Virus record (IMG/VR): IMGVR_UViG_3300020045_003878
Span: 1 to 28,500 of that record
Reading direction: 5' to 3' (one strand)
Source of the DNA: a virus
Lineage: Duplodnaviria; Caudoviricetes
Length of the DNA stretch: 28,500 nt
Below, in pieces: positions 1-8,854 of the stretch (position 1 is the stretch's first letter; every line of letters starts with the position of its first letter). The position numbers were made by a program, and so were the translations under genes. The notes beneath the pieces were generated by a model. That model worked only from the letters and a program-made list of their open reading frames with translations, ran no database searches and was not told the DNA's origin.

Positions 1-36
1 TTATGTTAAACTCTTAATTTTATGCAAATAATTAGT

Positions 37-44
37 TATATTTG
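37..44 (+). promoter_or_regulatory. Bacteroidota-type -7 promoter element upstream of the tape measure gene
   Basis: TATATTTG matches TAnnTTTG, 25 nt before ATG at 70; no clear -33 TTTG. Confidence 0.55.
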
Positions 45-69
45 CCCCGAATCAAAAAAGCGCTTTTAG

Positions 70-2043
70 ATGTCTGTATTCTCAGCGGTCGCCCGCTTCT
101 CAGCAGTAGACAAGTTCTCCTCCGTTTTAGCGAAAATGGAGGATAGAAACAAGCGCTTTGCTGCCAGCTCTAGCAACTCTTTTAAAAAAGTAGAAGAGAG
201 CGCTAACAGGCTTAAAGGCACAGTTGGGGGATTAGCGGGACAGCTTAAGAGCCTTGTTGCCGTTGTCTCGATAGCCTCTCTAATGACGATGGGTTATCAA
301 GCCATCACGGAGTACGATTCGGCTATAGCCTCGCTAAGTGCGGTTACGGGGGTAAGTGGTAAGGCTCTTGAAAATATGGAGACCCAAGTCCAAGCCATCG
401 CCAAGACAACAAAAAAATCAAGTACAGACGTAGCCAAAGGATTTGAGATAGTAGGCTCTGCCATGTCTCAATATTTGAGCGACCCAAAGGCACTAGGCCA
501 GATAACAGATGCAGGTATCTTGCTATCGAAGGCCTCTAAGATGCAGTTAGAACCTGCCTTGCAGAGCCTCACGGGGGCGATGAATCAGTTTAACCTAGGG
601 GCGGAGGCAGCGGCAAAAACCGTCAACATTTTAACAGCGGGCGAAATCGTTGGTCAAGTATCTACAGAGAAGTCAGTAGAGGCGCTCTCTAAGTTTGGCG
701 CAGTTGCTAACTCGATGAACACCACTCTGCCCGAGTCTATCGCACTTATACAGGTACTCGGTAAGAAGTTACCAACCGAAGAGATTGGAACGGCATCCCG
801 TAATTTGTTGCTTTTTATGGACACCTCAAAAGGTGCTAGTGCAGAGGCACAAGCTGCCTTTGCTAGAAACGGCGTGAGTTTAGAGGTATTAAGCAATAAG
901 ACATTAAGTACAGCGGATAGGCTTCGGGAGCTCTCTAAGGTGCAGAATGATAGCGTGGCTATGTCGAAGATTTTCGGCAAAGAGAACATAACGGCAGGTA
1001 AAGTTATCTTCGATCAGTTAGATACCTATGAAAAATGGGTTGCCGAAATCGGTGCAACTGAGAAAGCACAAGAACAAGCAGCAAAGAATAGCGCCACCAT
1101 CACCAATAAGGTGCAAGAACTTAAGAATGCCTTCGATAATGCAGTTGTCAGCGCCTTGAGTGGATCAGTTGGCATGCAGATGTTCTCGGGCGTTCTTACG
1201 TTTTTGGCAGATAACCTAGATATGGTTATAAGTTTAGTTGCGGGCTTAGCGGCTATAATTATACCCGCTTATACAGCATATAAGGCTATAACCTTAGCTA
1301 CTTTGGCTTATAACTTCGCCCTTGCAGCACAGGCGATAATAGCAGGTAAAGGGGCACTAGCCTTGAAGGGTAATGTAGTTGCTTTAAAGGCATATGGTGC
1401 GATAACAAAAACAATGGTTGCTATTCAATGGGCTTTAAATGCGGCTATGACAGCCAATCCAATAGGGTTAATTCTAGCGGGCGTAGTGGCGGCGATAGCG
1501 GTTATAGCTGTTTTGGTTAAGTATTGGGATGATATTAAGGCTAAGTTTGTCGCAGCCCCAGCATGGATAAAAGGCTTAATGGTGCCATTTATATTACTAT
1601 TATCCCCTATACTTATTATAGTTAACGCCATCAAAAAATTGATTAACTCGTGGGACACGATTAAGGCGGCGTTTTCGGATGGTGGATTCATAGCGGGGAT
1701 TAAAGCGATTGGAAATGTACTGCTTTCAGCACTGATTGATCCTTTAGTTTTCTTTATGAAGCTATTAGCGAAGATACCAGGCATCGGAGGACTAATGGAT
1801 CCACTCGTGGCGAAACTTGAAAACTTTCAAGTGGGTCTGGAAGCGGGGGCGACTCCTGCAACGGAGGCGGGCAAAGAGCCTGTTAATGTGCAGGCTACGC
1901 AAAACAAAACGCAAACAGAGCTAATCAAAGAAAGTAGACAGTCAGTCGACATCAACATAAAGGATCCTAATAATAGGACAGGAGTATCAGGCAGTAAAGG
2001 GGCTGTACCCGTAACAGTTAACGGTACGACAGCACAATTCTAA
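70..2043 (+). CDS. Phage tail tape measure protein (TP901-like core)
   Basis: 657 aa, Ala-rich and helical; 'LSAVTGVSG..LE.M...Q.IAK.T..S..DVAKGF' core; 'AAMTANPIGLI' motif and W-spaced hydrophobic repeats; followed by baseplate genes. Confidence 0.93.
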   Translation: MSVFSAVARFSAVDKFSSVLAKMEDRNKRFAASSSNSFKKVEESANRLKGTVGGLAGQLKSLVAVVSIASLMTMGYQAITEYDSAIASLSAVTGVSGKALENMETQVQAIAKTTKKSSTDVAKGFEIVGSAMSQYLSDPKALGQITDAGILLSKASKMQLEPALQSLTGAMNQFNLGAEAAAKTVNILTAGEIVGQVSTEKSVEALSKFGAVANSMNTTLPESIALIQVLGKKLPTEEIGTASRNLLLFMDTSKGASAEAQAAFARNGVSLEVLSNKTLSTADRLRELSKVQNDSVAMSKIFGKENITAGKVIFDQLDTYEKWVAEIGATEKAQEQAAKNSATITNKVQELKNAFDNAVVSALSGSVGMQMFSGVLTFLADNLDMVISLVAGLAAIIIPAYTAYKAITLATLAYNFALAAQAIIAGKGALALKGNVVALKAYGAITKTMVAIQWALNAAMTANPIGLILAGVVAAIAVIAVLVKYWDDIKAKFVAAPAWIKGLMVPFILLLSPILIIVNAIKKLINSWDTIKAAFSDGGFIAGIKAIGNVLLSALIDPLVFFMKLLAKIPGIGGLMDPLVAKLENFQVGLEAGATPATEAGKEPVNVQATQNKTQTELIKESRQSVDINIKDPNNRTGVSGSKGAVPVTVNGTTAQF

Positions 2044-2049
2044 AAGGGT

Positions 2050-2619
2050 ATGGATATAGGGTTATATGAGACACTAAACGGAGGCGATATGTCGATACAG
2101 AATAACGACATCTGGTCGACTATGTCGCTATGGAATCAAATATATATCGCTCTTTTTGGAGGTAACCCTGATGAGTCAACAACTGATAATACAGGAGTCG
2201 GAGAGCAAAGACGGGATTTTTGGGGTAATCAATTTTTAGCCTCAGAGCCTGATGAGTATGTTAACTCACTAACTGAAAAGGTGCTAGATACAACGGCGCT
2301 CAATAGTGCAGGTAGGATAAAGATAGAGCAAGCAGTTAAAAGTGATCTTTCTTTTTTATCTAAACTTGGGACTGTCTCCGTTGAGGTATCTATCGTAGGA
2401 ATTGACAAAGTACTCATCGAGATAGGCCTACAAGAACAGGACGAGATAGTAGATAAAAGATACCGCCTCCTTTGGGACGGCACACGATCAACAGACATAC
2501 AAGGCGCAGAAAGCGACAAAACGGGAGGGGTTATTTCACAAATGTGGATACTACGCAACGGTATTTGGGACGATCTAGGCGCTTGGTTTGATAACGAATA
2601 CTGGAAAGACTCAATATGA
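2050..2619 (+). CDS. Baseplate wedge protein, Mu gp46-like, with Trp-rich C-terminal extension
   Basis: 'SL.NQIYIALFGG', 'RRDFWGN', 'IEQAVKSDLSFL' resemble gp46; directly upstream of baseplate J. Confidence 0.7.
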   Translation: MDIGLYETLNGGDMSIQNNDIWSTMSLWNQIYIALFGGNPDESTTDNTGVGEQRRDFWGNQFLASEPDEYVNSLTEKVLDTTALNSAGRIKIEQAVKSDLSFLSKLGTVSVEVSIVGIDKVLIEIGLQEQDEIVDKRYRLLWDGTRSTDIQGAESDKTGGVISQMWILRNGIWDDLGAWFDNEYWKDSI

Positions 2620-3767
2620 TAACACCTAAGTTAAAGGAGTTACAGGACTCCATTTTAAGCGCTTTCGAAACCCGCTTTGGTACGATAAATAGAGGTTTAA
2701 AATCTACCTATATGGTTATATCGCAGGTTCTAGCTGGGGAGCTCCGCCTTGTATACCTCTTTGGTGCTTCGGTGCAAAAGAATGTTTTTGTAGATTTGGC
2801 TGATCCAGAAGTGGACGGAGGAACACTCGAACGTTTTGGGAGGGCGAAACTAGGCAGAGACCCGTTTCCAGCTTCCCAAGGACTCTATCTTGCGGATGTT
2901 ACAGGGGCAGCGGGCGGTGTTGTACGTGCGGGGGTAGTATTTAAGGCTGCAAACGGTTACAACTATTCAAATGAAACAGCGCTCACTCTTACAGGCACTA
3001 CAGGACAGATAACCTTAAGAGCGTTAACACCTGGTCTAGTTGCCAAGTTAAACCCTTTGGACACGCTCAACGCTACAGAGCCTATCCTTAACGTGGATGG
3101 ACAAGGAGTTGTTAACCAAGAAATCGAAACACCACTAAATGCAGAAGGCATAGAGGATTATAGGCAGAAGATTCTTTTAGCTTTTAGGACGGAGTCACAA
3201 GGTGGCGCCTCTGGTGATTATAGGCTCTGGTCAGCGGATGCACAAGGGGTAGAAAAGGTTTATCCTTTCGTTGGTATGCCTGGCACAATTAACTTATATG
3301 TTGAGGCAACGGAAATAGATAGTACCGATGGATTCGGTACGCCTACAATCACTATCCTATCTAATGTAGAAGCGGTATGTATATTAGATCCTGACACCTC
3401 TAAAGATTATAACGATAGGGGTAGATTACCCCTTGGAGTTTTTGAGTTTAATGTGTTGGCTATCACACCTATTGCGGTTGACCTTGCGGTAGGGGGGTAT
3501 AATGGCAATATATCGGAGGCGCAGACCCTAGTAACAGCGGCGCTCAAAGATTATTTAAAAACAATACGGCCTTACGTGGCGGGGGCTGATGAACTAGATG
3601 CCTCTACACTTTCTGAGCAACGCCTAATAGGGGTAGTGTCCGATGCTTTACCTATTGAGTATAATTTTACGACTCTTTCGATGGCAGTAGGGGGAGCGCC
3701 TGTAGGCGTTTACCAATTCGTATATGGGGAGATACCAAGAGTAGGAACGATAGCAGTGACTGTATGA
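2616..3767 (+). CDS. Baseplate J-like protein (Mu gp47 family)
   Basis: 'LERFG', 'ALTPG', 'E.IEDYRQKIL...R...QGGA.GDY..W...A.GVE.V' are J-family motifs; 383 aa. Confidence 0.9.
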   Translation: MITPKLKELQDSILSAFETRFGTINRGLKSTYMVISQVLAGELRLVYLFGASVQKNVFVDLADPEVDGGTLERFGRAKLGRDPFPASQGLYLADVTGAAGGVVRAGVVFKAANGYNYSNETALTLTGTTGQITLRALTPGLVAKLNPLDTLNATEPILNVDGQGVVNQEIETPLNAEGIEDYRQKILLAFRTESQGGASGDYRLWSADAQGVEKVYPFVGMPGTINLYVEATEIDSTDGFGTPTITILSNVEAVCILDPDTSKDYNDRGRLPLGVFEFNVLAITPIAVDLAVGGYNGNISEAQTLVTAALKDYLKTIRPYVAGADELDASTLSEQRLIGVVSDALPIEYNFTTLSMAVGGAPVGVYQFVYGEIPRVGTIAVTV

Positions 3768-4453
3768 TACTAGGAGATTTAGCAAGGCAATTAAAGCCTA
3801 AAGGTAGAGCGTTTAGATTCCCGAAAGGAGGTAACGCTGATGGGGTTCTGTCTGTTACAAGCGGAGCTATCCAAACGTGTGTAACTTCTATCTACTCCAT
3901 CCTCGATACGATACTACCAGATAACCCTAACTTCTCAGAAGCGGATGCGGCGATATGGGAGAAACGCCTAGGACTACTACAAGGTACCGACTTAGAGACA
4001 CGTAAAAAAGCCATTATGCGTAAGCTTAATAGCCCAGGGCAATGTAAAGGCCGACAGTCCCTAATCTACATTCAATCCCAACTACAAGCGGCGGGGTTCG
4101 AAGTTTGGCTACACGAGAATAAGTTTTCCGATGGCTCAGGTGGTTATGTTGTCACTAATCCAGGAGACGGTACGGGTGGATATACACAGCATGGTTTAGG
4201 TATACATGGCGTTTCAACTCATGGAGCTAGTGGGTTCCCATACAATTCGATAGTTGCTAATTACGATAGAAAGGAGTTGGAGACTTCGCCCGTTTATTCT
4301 GATATCGAGCTTAGATTTACTTTTTTTATCGGGGGTCAAACATTCCCTAATTTTGCGAGTGTGCCAAAAAACAGAGAAAGAGAATTTAGAAAATTGATAT
4401 TAACCCTTAAGCCGCAACACATGGTAGCTTATCTTTTAATAAATTATGTATGA
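3764..4453 (+). CDS. Baseplate wedge protein, YmfQ/Mu gp48-like
   Basis: 'QLKPKGRAF', 'WEKRLGL', 'R..AI..KL...G', C-terminal 'LKPQHM'; follows J. Confidence 0.82.
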   Translation: MILGDLARQLKPKGRAFRFPKGGNADGVLSVTSGAIQTCVTSIYSILDTILPDNPNFSEADAAIWEKRLGLLQGTDLETRKKAIMRKLNSPGQCKGRQSLIYIQSQLQAAGFEVWLHENKFSDGSGGYVVTNPGDGTGGYTQHGLGIHGVSTHGASGFPYNSIVANYDRKELETSPVYSDIELRFTFFIGGQTFPNFASVPKNREREFRKLILTLKPQHMVAYLLINYV

Positions 4454-5370
4454 GAAAATTAATTGATACCCCAAATATGGGGGCTGCGAGTCCAGCATTC
4501 CCAGACGGGGCGATAGTTGATAATGCTGGGGCGGTAATAGGTACGGCCTTAACTGAGATTCTCTATGGCGACACCATTCAGGCGGTGCATAAATTGAAAC
4601 GGTTAGCGGGGATAACAGAGAATAATTTACCCGATAATGAGACTAATGGGTTTCAAATACTAACAGCCTTATTCGCTCAGGGGCTACCAACGTGGCAACC
4701 TACGACAGCAAAAGTTGATTTTAGTAAAGCTAAATGGGTAAGCTACGCAAATGGTATCTATTACCACAAAACAACAGCAAGTACAGATACAGTCCCAAGC
4801 TTAGACTCAGATAATTGGTTTAGAGTGTTTTATTGGGATGGCTCTAAAATTGTGTTTTCCGACGAGACGAGAACAGCGGGGATAGAGTCTGATATCTCGG
4901 CTTTAGAGACAGCCGTTGCCGCCTTAGTAGCCGCGGCACCTGCTATAGCCGCACATTTAGCCGATACTACTAACTATAATAACGCGTATATCGATAAGTA
5001 TAGGCCTTTTGCGGTAGGTACGGTTAGCCTTCCAGATATAGCAGGGGGAGCCCCAACTGTTGGGCAGGTGTTATCTGTGACAGGAGATTTCGAGTTTGCG
5101 CAGGTTTCCGCCTCCGTTGCTGACTCGCATACTGTCATAGCGATAAGACGAAAGGCTGCAATCAACCCTCTAGTTGTCAACAAATATAGGGCTAACATAT
5201 CGTTTGAGGATATGGGGACAGATGACACCTCATGCCTGACGGCTAAATTTATTCGCATGCCTGCGGCGCCCATAGACCTATCAAGATATGTAAGTGTTCT
5301 TATACGCGAAACAAACGGGGTGGTACAATCAAGTCAGACTATGCACCTAGAGTTAATAAACACCTATTGA
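4450..5370 (+). CDS. Short tail fibre / baseplate-attached fibre protein
   Basis: Occupies the Mu gp49 position; 'AGI....PD.....QILTAL' baseplate-docking-type N-terminus, W-containing beta module, short coiled coil, beta-rich tip. Confidence 0.6.
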   Translation: MRKLIDTPNMGAASPAFPDGAIVDNAGAVIGTALTEILYGDTIQAVHKLKRLAGITENNLPDNETNGFQILTALFAQGLPTWQPTTAKVDFSKAKWVSYANGIYYHKTTASTDTVPSLDSDNWFRVFYWDGSKIVFSDETRTAGIESDISALETAVAALVAAAPAIAAHLADTTNYNNAYIDKYRPFAVGTVSLPDIAGGAPTVGQVLSVTGDFEFAQVSASVADSHTVIAIRRKAAINPLVVNKYRANISFEDMGTDDTSCLTAKFIRMPAAPIDLSRYVSVLIRETNGVVQSSQTMHLELINTY

Positions 5371-6080
5371 TGTATCAGCTTAACGTCGACACTAAAGAGA
5401 TAACACGCCTTACAGGGGTACTTAGAGACCTTCACAGGGCGGCATATCCCAATGCGGTAAGGCAAACCCTTAACGATTTGGCGTTTGATGTTAAGCAAAG
5501 GCAGATGCCCATTACGGCTAAGCAGCTCTTCACCGTCCGTAACCCCAATATGTTCAAGGTCTTTTCTAAAGTAGATAAGGCAACGGGGTGGGACGTTGGT
5601 GCAATGAGAGCAGAAGCGGGGATGCTCGATAAGGGAGCGGGTAGAACTTTCGATGAGCAAGAAGAGGGGGGAACCTATAAGCATGAAGATGTACCCCTAA
5701 CAACTGCACGAGTGGGAGGTAATCAAAAGGGCAAGATTCAACGCTCTAATTATGTTAACCTAGGCAAGATAGATAGAAGTAAAAAGACAAGAAGCAGAAG
5801 CGCTAAGAGTCAGTTTATAGCGGATGCCTATATGTCCAAAAAACTAGGGTTACTTTTCAAGCATAATAAAACTCTTTTCAAAACCTCAGCTTTCAATAGG
5901 TTGAAAAAAGGAGACTTAAAGGTAAAGTTAAGAGCTTTATACACAAGTAAAACAGATCAAAACGTGAAGGTTAAGGCGACAAAGTTTATTGAAAAAACGG
6001 CTTTACAAACGATTAACATAAAAGCGGAGAAGTTTTATAAACGTGCTGCGAATCAACAATTTAAAAAGTTTTTCAAATGA
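5367..6080 (+). CDS. Basic virion morphogenesis protein (minor tail Z / tail-completion-like)
   Basis: N-terminal helices 'AYPNAVRQTLNDLAFDVK', C-terminal 'KATKFIEK.A'; very Lys/Arg-rich; family call tentative. Confidence 0.45.
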   Translation: MMYQLNVDTKEITRLTGVLRDLHRAAYPNAVRQTLNDLAFDVKQRQMPITAKQLFTVRNPNMFKVFSKVDKATGWDVGAMRAEAGMLDKGAGRTFDEQEEGGTYKHEDVPLTTARVGGNQKGKIQRSNYVNLGKIDRSKKTRSRSAKSQFIADAYMSKKLGLLFKHNKTLFKTSAFNRLKKGDLKVKLRALYTSKTDQNVKVKATKFIEKTALQTINIKAEKFYKRAANQQFKKFFK

Positions 6081-7309
6081 GCTGGATAGACCAATTAAAT
6101 AACGTCGAATTAGAGATTCAGACGGGGGATGGTAAAAAGTGGTCACCCCTCTGGAAAGAGGCTAAACGCTCAAAGGTTTATAATACAGCGGCCTACGACT
6201 TTATTCGCGTGTCGGGTACTTTCGTTTATAGGGGTTTACCACAAGGTAATCAATACGACATAACGCTTATATTTCAAGGGGAAACGCATCTCACAACGGC
6301 GGAGCAGTTCAACAGATCGGCGGATGACCCTAGATTTTGGACTATTATTCACCCTTTTTGGGGTTCGATAATAGTACAACCTATGACGCTTGAAGAGGAT
6401 AAGAGCGTTCTAAACTCGACTATCTTTAAGGTTAAGATTTGGGAGACCATCTCAACTAAGTATCCTTTACAGAAGCAGCTCGCAAACGATAAGGTTGCAG
6501 AGATGCAGATGCTTACCAATGAGATGGTAGCTAAATCCTTTGCCAACCAAGTGCCTACTATAGACACTTCACTAAGAACCACACTAACAGATACGGTTAA
6601 AGCGGTTGACAATATAGGCAGCAAGGCCATCAAGACAGATAACGATTTTGCCGCTTTTAAAACTAAGGTAGCCAAGGCGCAAAGACTTGTAACAGATACA
6701 ATTCAAAAACCTATAGACGTGATGCGGTCGGTAATCGACCTCATTAATTACCCTGTTTATGTTGTTGGCTCGGTTACGGATAGACTGAACATAGCCAAAG
6801 AATTAGCTGTCAAATTAGAGGCCATTCTCTTAAAGAAGCGTACCAAAACAACGCTCTTGGTATATGAGTGTGCAGGCTCTTCGCTTGTTTCTGCGATGGC
6901 TAATGCAGCCATGACACCAAACGATGGGGATTACTCCATGCGGCTTAAAGTGCTGTACGCTATGGACACGGTGCAAGAACAGTATGTTAATTATCTAACG
7001 ATATTAGATGAGACCCAAGCAGATAGGTCAGATGAAACCGATGGGTTCACCCCTGATGATGACACATCTAGACATCTAAACGAGGCTGTGGTAGAGGCAC
7101 TAGCTAATGTATATGATTACTCTTTTGGGGCAAAGCAAGAGAGAGCGATTTACCTAGAGGAGGATAGCAACCCAATACTTTTAACCCATAGATTTTACGG
7201 GCTCGATAATGAAGATTCAAATTTGGACTTTTTTATTAACACAAATTCGCTATCTTTGGGGGAACTTTTTCAGATAAGGAAAGGTAGACGACTTCTTTAT
7301 TATGTTTAA
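6077..7309 (+). CDS. DNA circularisation-like / tube initiator protein (Mu gp43-like)
   Basis: 'MSW.DQL', 'IIHPFWGSI.V', helical middle, C-terminal LysM-like 'NPILLTHRFYG...FINTN'; precedes the hub gene. Confidence 0.75.
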   Translation: MSWIDQLNNVELEIQTGDGKKWSPLWKEAKRSKVYNTAAYDFIRVSGTFVYRGLPQGNQYDITLIFQGETHLTTAEQFNRSADDPRFWTIIHPFWGSIIVQPMTLEEDKSVLNSTIFKVKIWETISTKYPLQKQLANDKVAEMQMLTNEMVAKSFANQVPTIDTSLRTTLTDTVKAVDNIGSKAIKTDNDFAAFKTKVAKAQRLVTDTIQKPIDVMRSVIDLINYPVYVVGSVTDRLNIAKELAVKLEAILLKKRTKTTLLVYECAGSSLVSAMANAAMTPNDGDYSMRLKVLYAMDTVQEQYVNYLTILDETQADRSDETDGFTPDDDTSRHLNEAVVEALANVYDYSFGAKQERAIYLEEDSNPILLTHRFYGLDNEDSNLDFFINTNSLSLGELFQIRKGRRLLYYV

Positions 7310-7320
7310 AAGGAATACTT

Positions 7321-8361
7321 ATGTTAAGCATAAAGATAAATGGTAAGAATTATGAGCACTTTAGCAATGTATCGCTAGAGTTAACTTACGACGCCTTAGC
7401 TTCTACCTTCTCATTCGATGGCTTTTTTGATGACAAAGACCCCTACCACAGAGAACTATTCAGGCCTTTACAATACCACTCCGTGCAGATATTCGAAGAG
7501 TCGGAACTGCTTTTAACTGGTTGGCTTCTGTCCCATAGGTTCAGTGCTTCTGCGGGTGATAACCTCGTGCCCCTATCGGGGTATTCTAAGACAGGTATAC
7601 TTAGCGATGCTTCAATTCCAACAGACCTTTACCCCTTAGAGACCACACAAAAGAGTTTAAAAGATATCACTTTACGCCTAGTCGAACCTTTTGGTATTGG
7701 TCTAGTAATAGATACAGAGGTAGAAGAGGATGCAGCCAAGCTATACGATAAAAGCCAAGCGGACGGTAAAGGTTCTATAGGCTCATACATAGCTGAACTC
7801 GCAAGCCAAAGAAACATAATCGTAACACATAACCAGTATGGTGATTTGAGGTTCACTAGACCCCGAAAGAGCACCGCTTCAATTGCAACCTATACTGAGG
7901 GGATGCCTTCTGTTCAAATTGATGTAGAGGTGAATGGTCAAGGTATGCATTCAGAAGTCTCGGTGCTAAGACAGGCCACAGTAGGCAGTGATATAGATGG
8001 CGAGGGTACAAAGAAGAACCCACTAATCGGTCAGTATAGACCACTTGTTAAGGAACAGACTAAAGGCGGTGCAGGTGATGCAGAGAGCGCCTCTAATAAC
8101 GCCCTATCGGCGGAGCTTAAGAATATAAATGTAACGGTGCAGTCAGATAGGTGGACATGGTTCAGTGGCAAAAAAGTGTCCCTCATTAAGCCTAATAACT
8201 ATGTAACCATCAAAGCCCCTAAGTGCTTTTTAAGTACCCCATCTAATTGGTTCGTGCAAAAAGTTGTACTCGCAGAAGGGGCAAGCGGCCGCTCTGCTGT
8301 TTTAACGTGCGTGATGCCTGAGACGTTTAACGACGACGACCCTAAAAACATATTCTCGTGA
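7321..8361 (+). CDS. Baseplate hub protein (Mu gpP/gp44-like)
   Basis: 'IKING..Y..F..VS....YDALAS.FSF', 'LLLTG', 'SKTG.L.D.S', 'LV.PFGI', 'YRPL'. Confidence 0.85.
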   Translation: MLSIKINGKNYEHFSNVSLELTYDALASTFSFDGFFDDKDPYHRELFRPLQYHSVQIFEESELLLTGWLLSHRFSASAGDNLVPLSGYSKTGILSDASIPTDLYPLETTQKSLKDITLRLVEPFGIGLVIDTEVEEDAAKLYDKSQADGKGSIGSYIAELASQRNIIVTHNQYGDLRFTRPRKSTASIATYTEGMPSVQIDVEVNGQGMHSEVSVLRQATVGSDIDGEGTKKNPLIGQYRPLVKEQTKGGAGDAESASNNALSAELKNINVTVQSDRWTWFSGKKVSLIKPNNYVTIKAPKCFLSTPSNWFVQKVVLAEGASGRSAVLTCVMPETFNDDDPKNIFS

Positions 8362-8852
8362 TAAGACTTGCTAAACATAATCAATCAATTATAGAGAGAG
8401 GGTACCGCATATTAAAAACATTTGGTAGGTCAAAACGTGATGTAAGTACTTCGTATCAGATTAGTTCGTGGGGGGACGATTCGTGCCCTTTGCCTAATTC
8501 AGATGTAGCACACGCTCAAACAGCTACCGACGACACAGTAGTGCTCGGCGTAATTAACAAAAATCCTATTGCAAAAGCAGGTGAAAAACGTATCTTTGCA
8601 ACAGACTTAGGCGGTGATGTTGTTGTGGCTATCTACTTGAAAACGGATGGTACAATAGAGATAGCAGGTAGCACGGATAACGTTGTTAAATTCAGTCCTT
8701 TGGACACAGCTATGCAAGGGTTAATTTTTGATATAAATGCTGAACTCGTAAAGATTCAAACAGGCATAACGGGCGTGGGGGGTGCATACGTACCCGCTAC
8801 TTTATCTCTTGATTTATCAGAGGCTAAAAACGATACGATAAAGACTAACTAG
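8358..8852 (+). CDS. Baseplate central spike (Mu gp45-like)
   Basis: 'WG.DS.P', 'GEKRIFA', 'IYLK.DGTIEI' beta repeats; follows the hub gene; GTG start. Confidence 0.7.
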   Translation: MIRLAKHNQSIIERGYRILKTFGRSKRDVSTSYQISSWGDDSCPLPNSDVAHAQTATDDTVVLGVINKNPIAKAGEKRIFATDLGGDVVVAIYLKTDGTIEIAGSTDNVVKFSPLDTAMQGLIFDINAELVKIQTGITGVGGAYVPATLSLDLSEAKNDTIKTN

Positions 8853-8854
8853 AT

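Noticed and set aside
70-8852. Interpretation as a tailocin or contractile injection system
   Set aside because: The linked lysis, recombination and replication modules indicate a phage genome; head genes are presumably outside the window.
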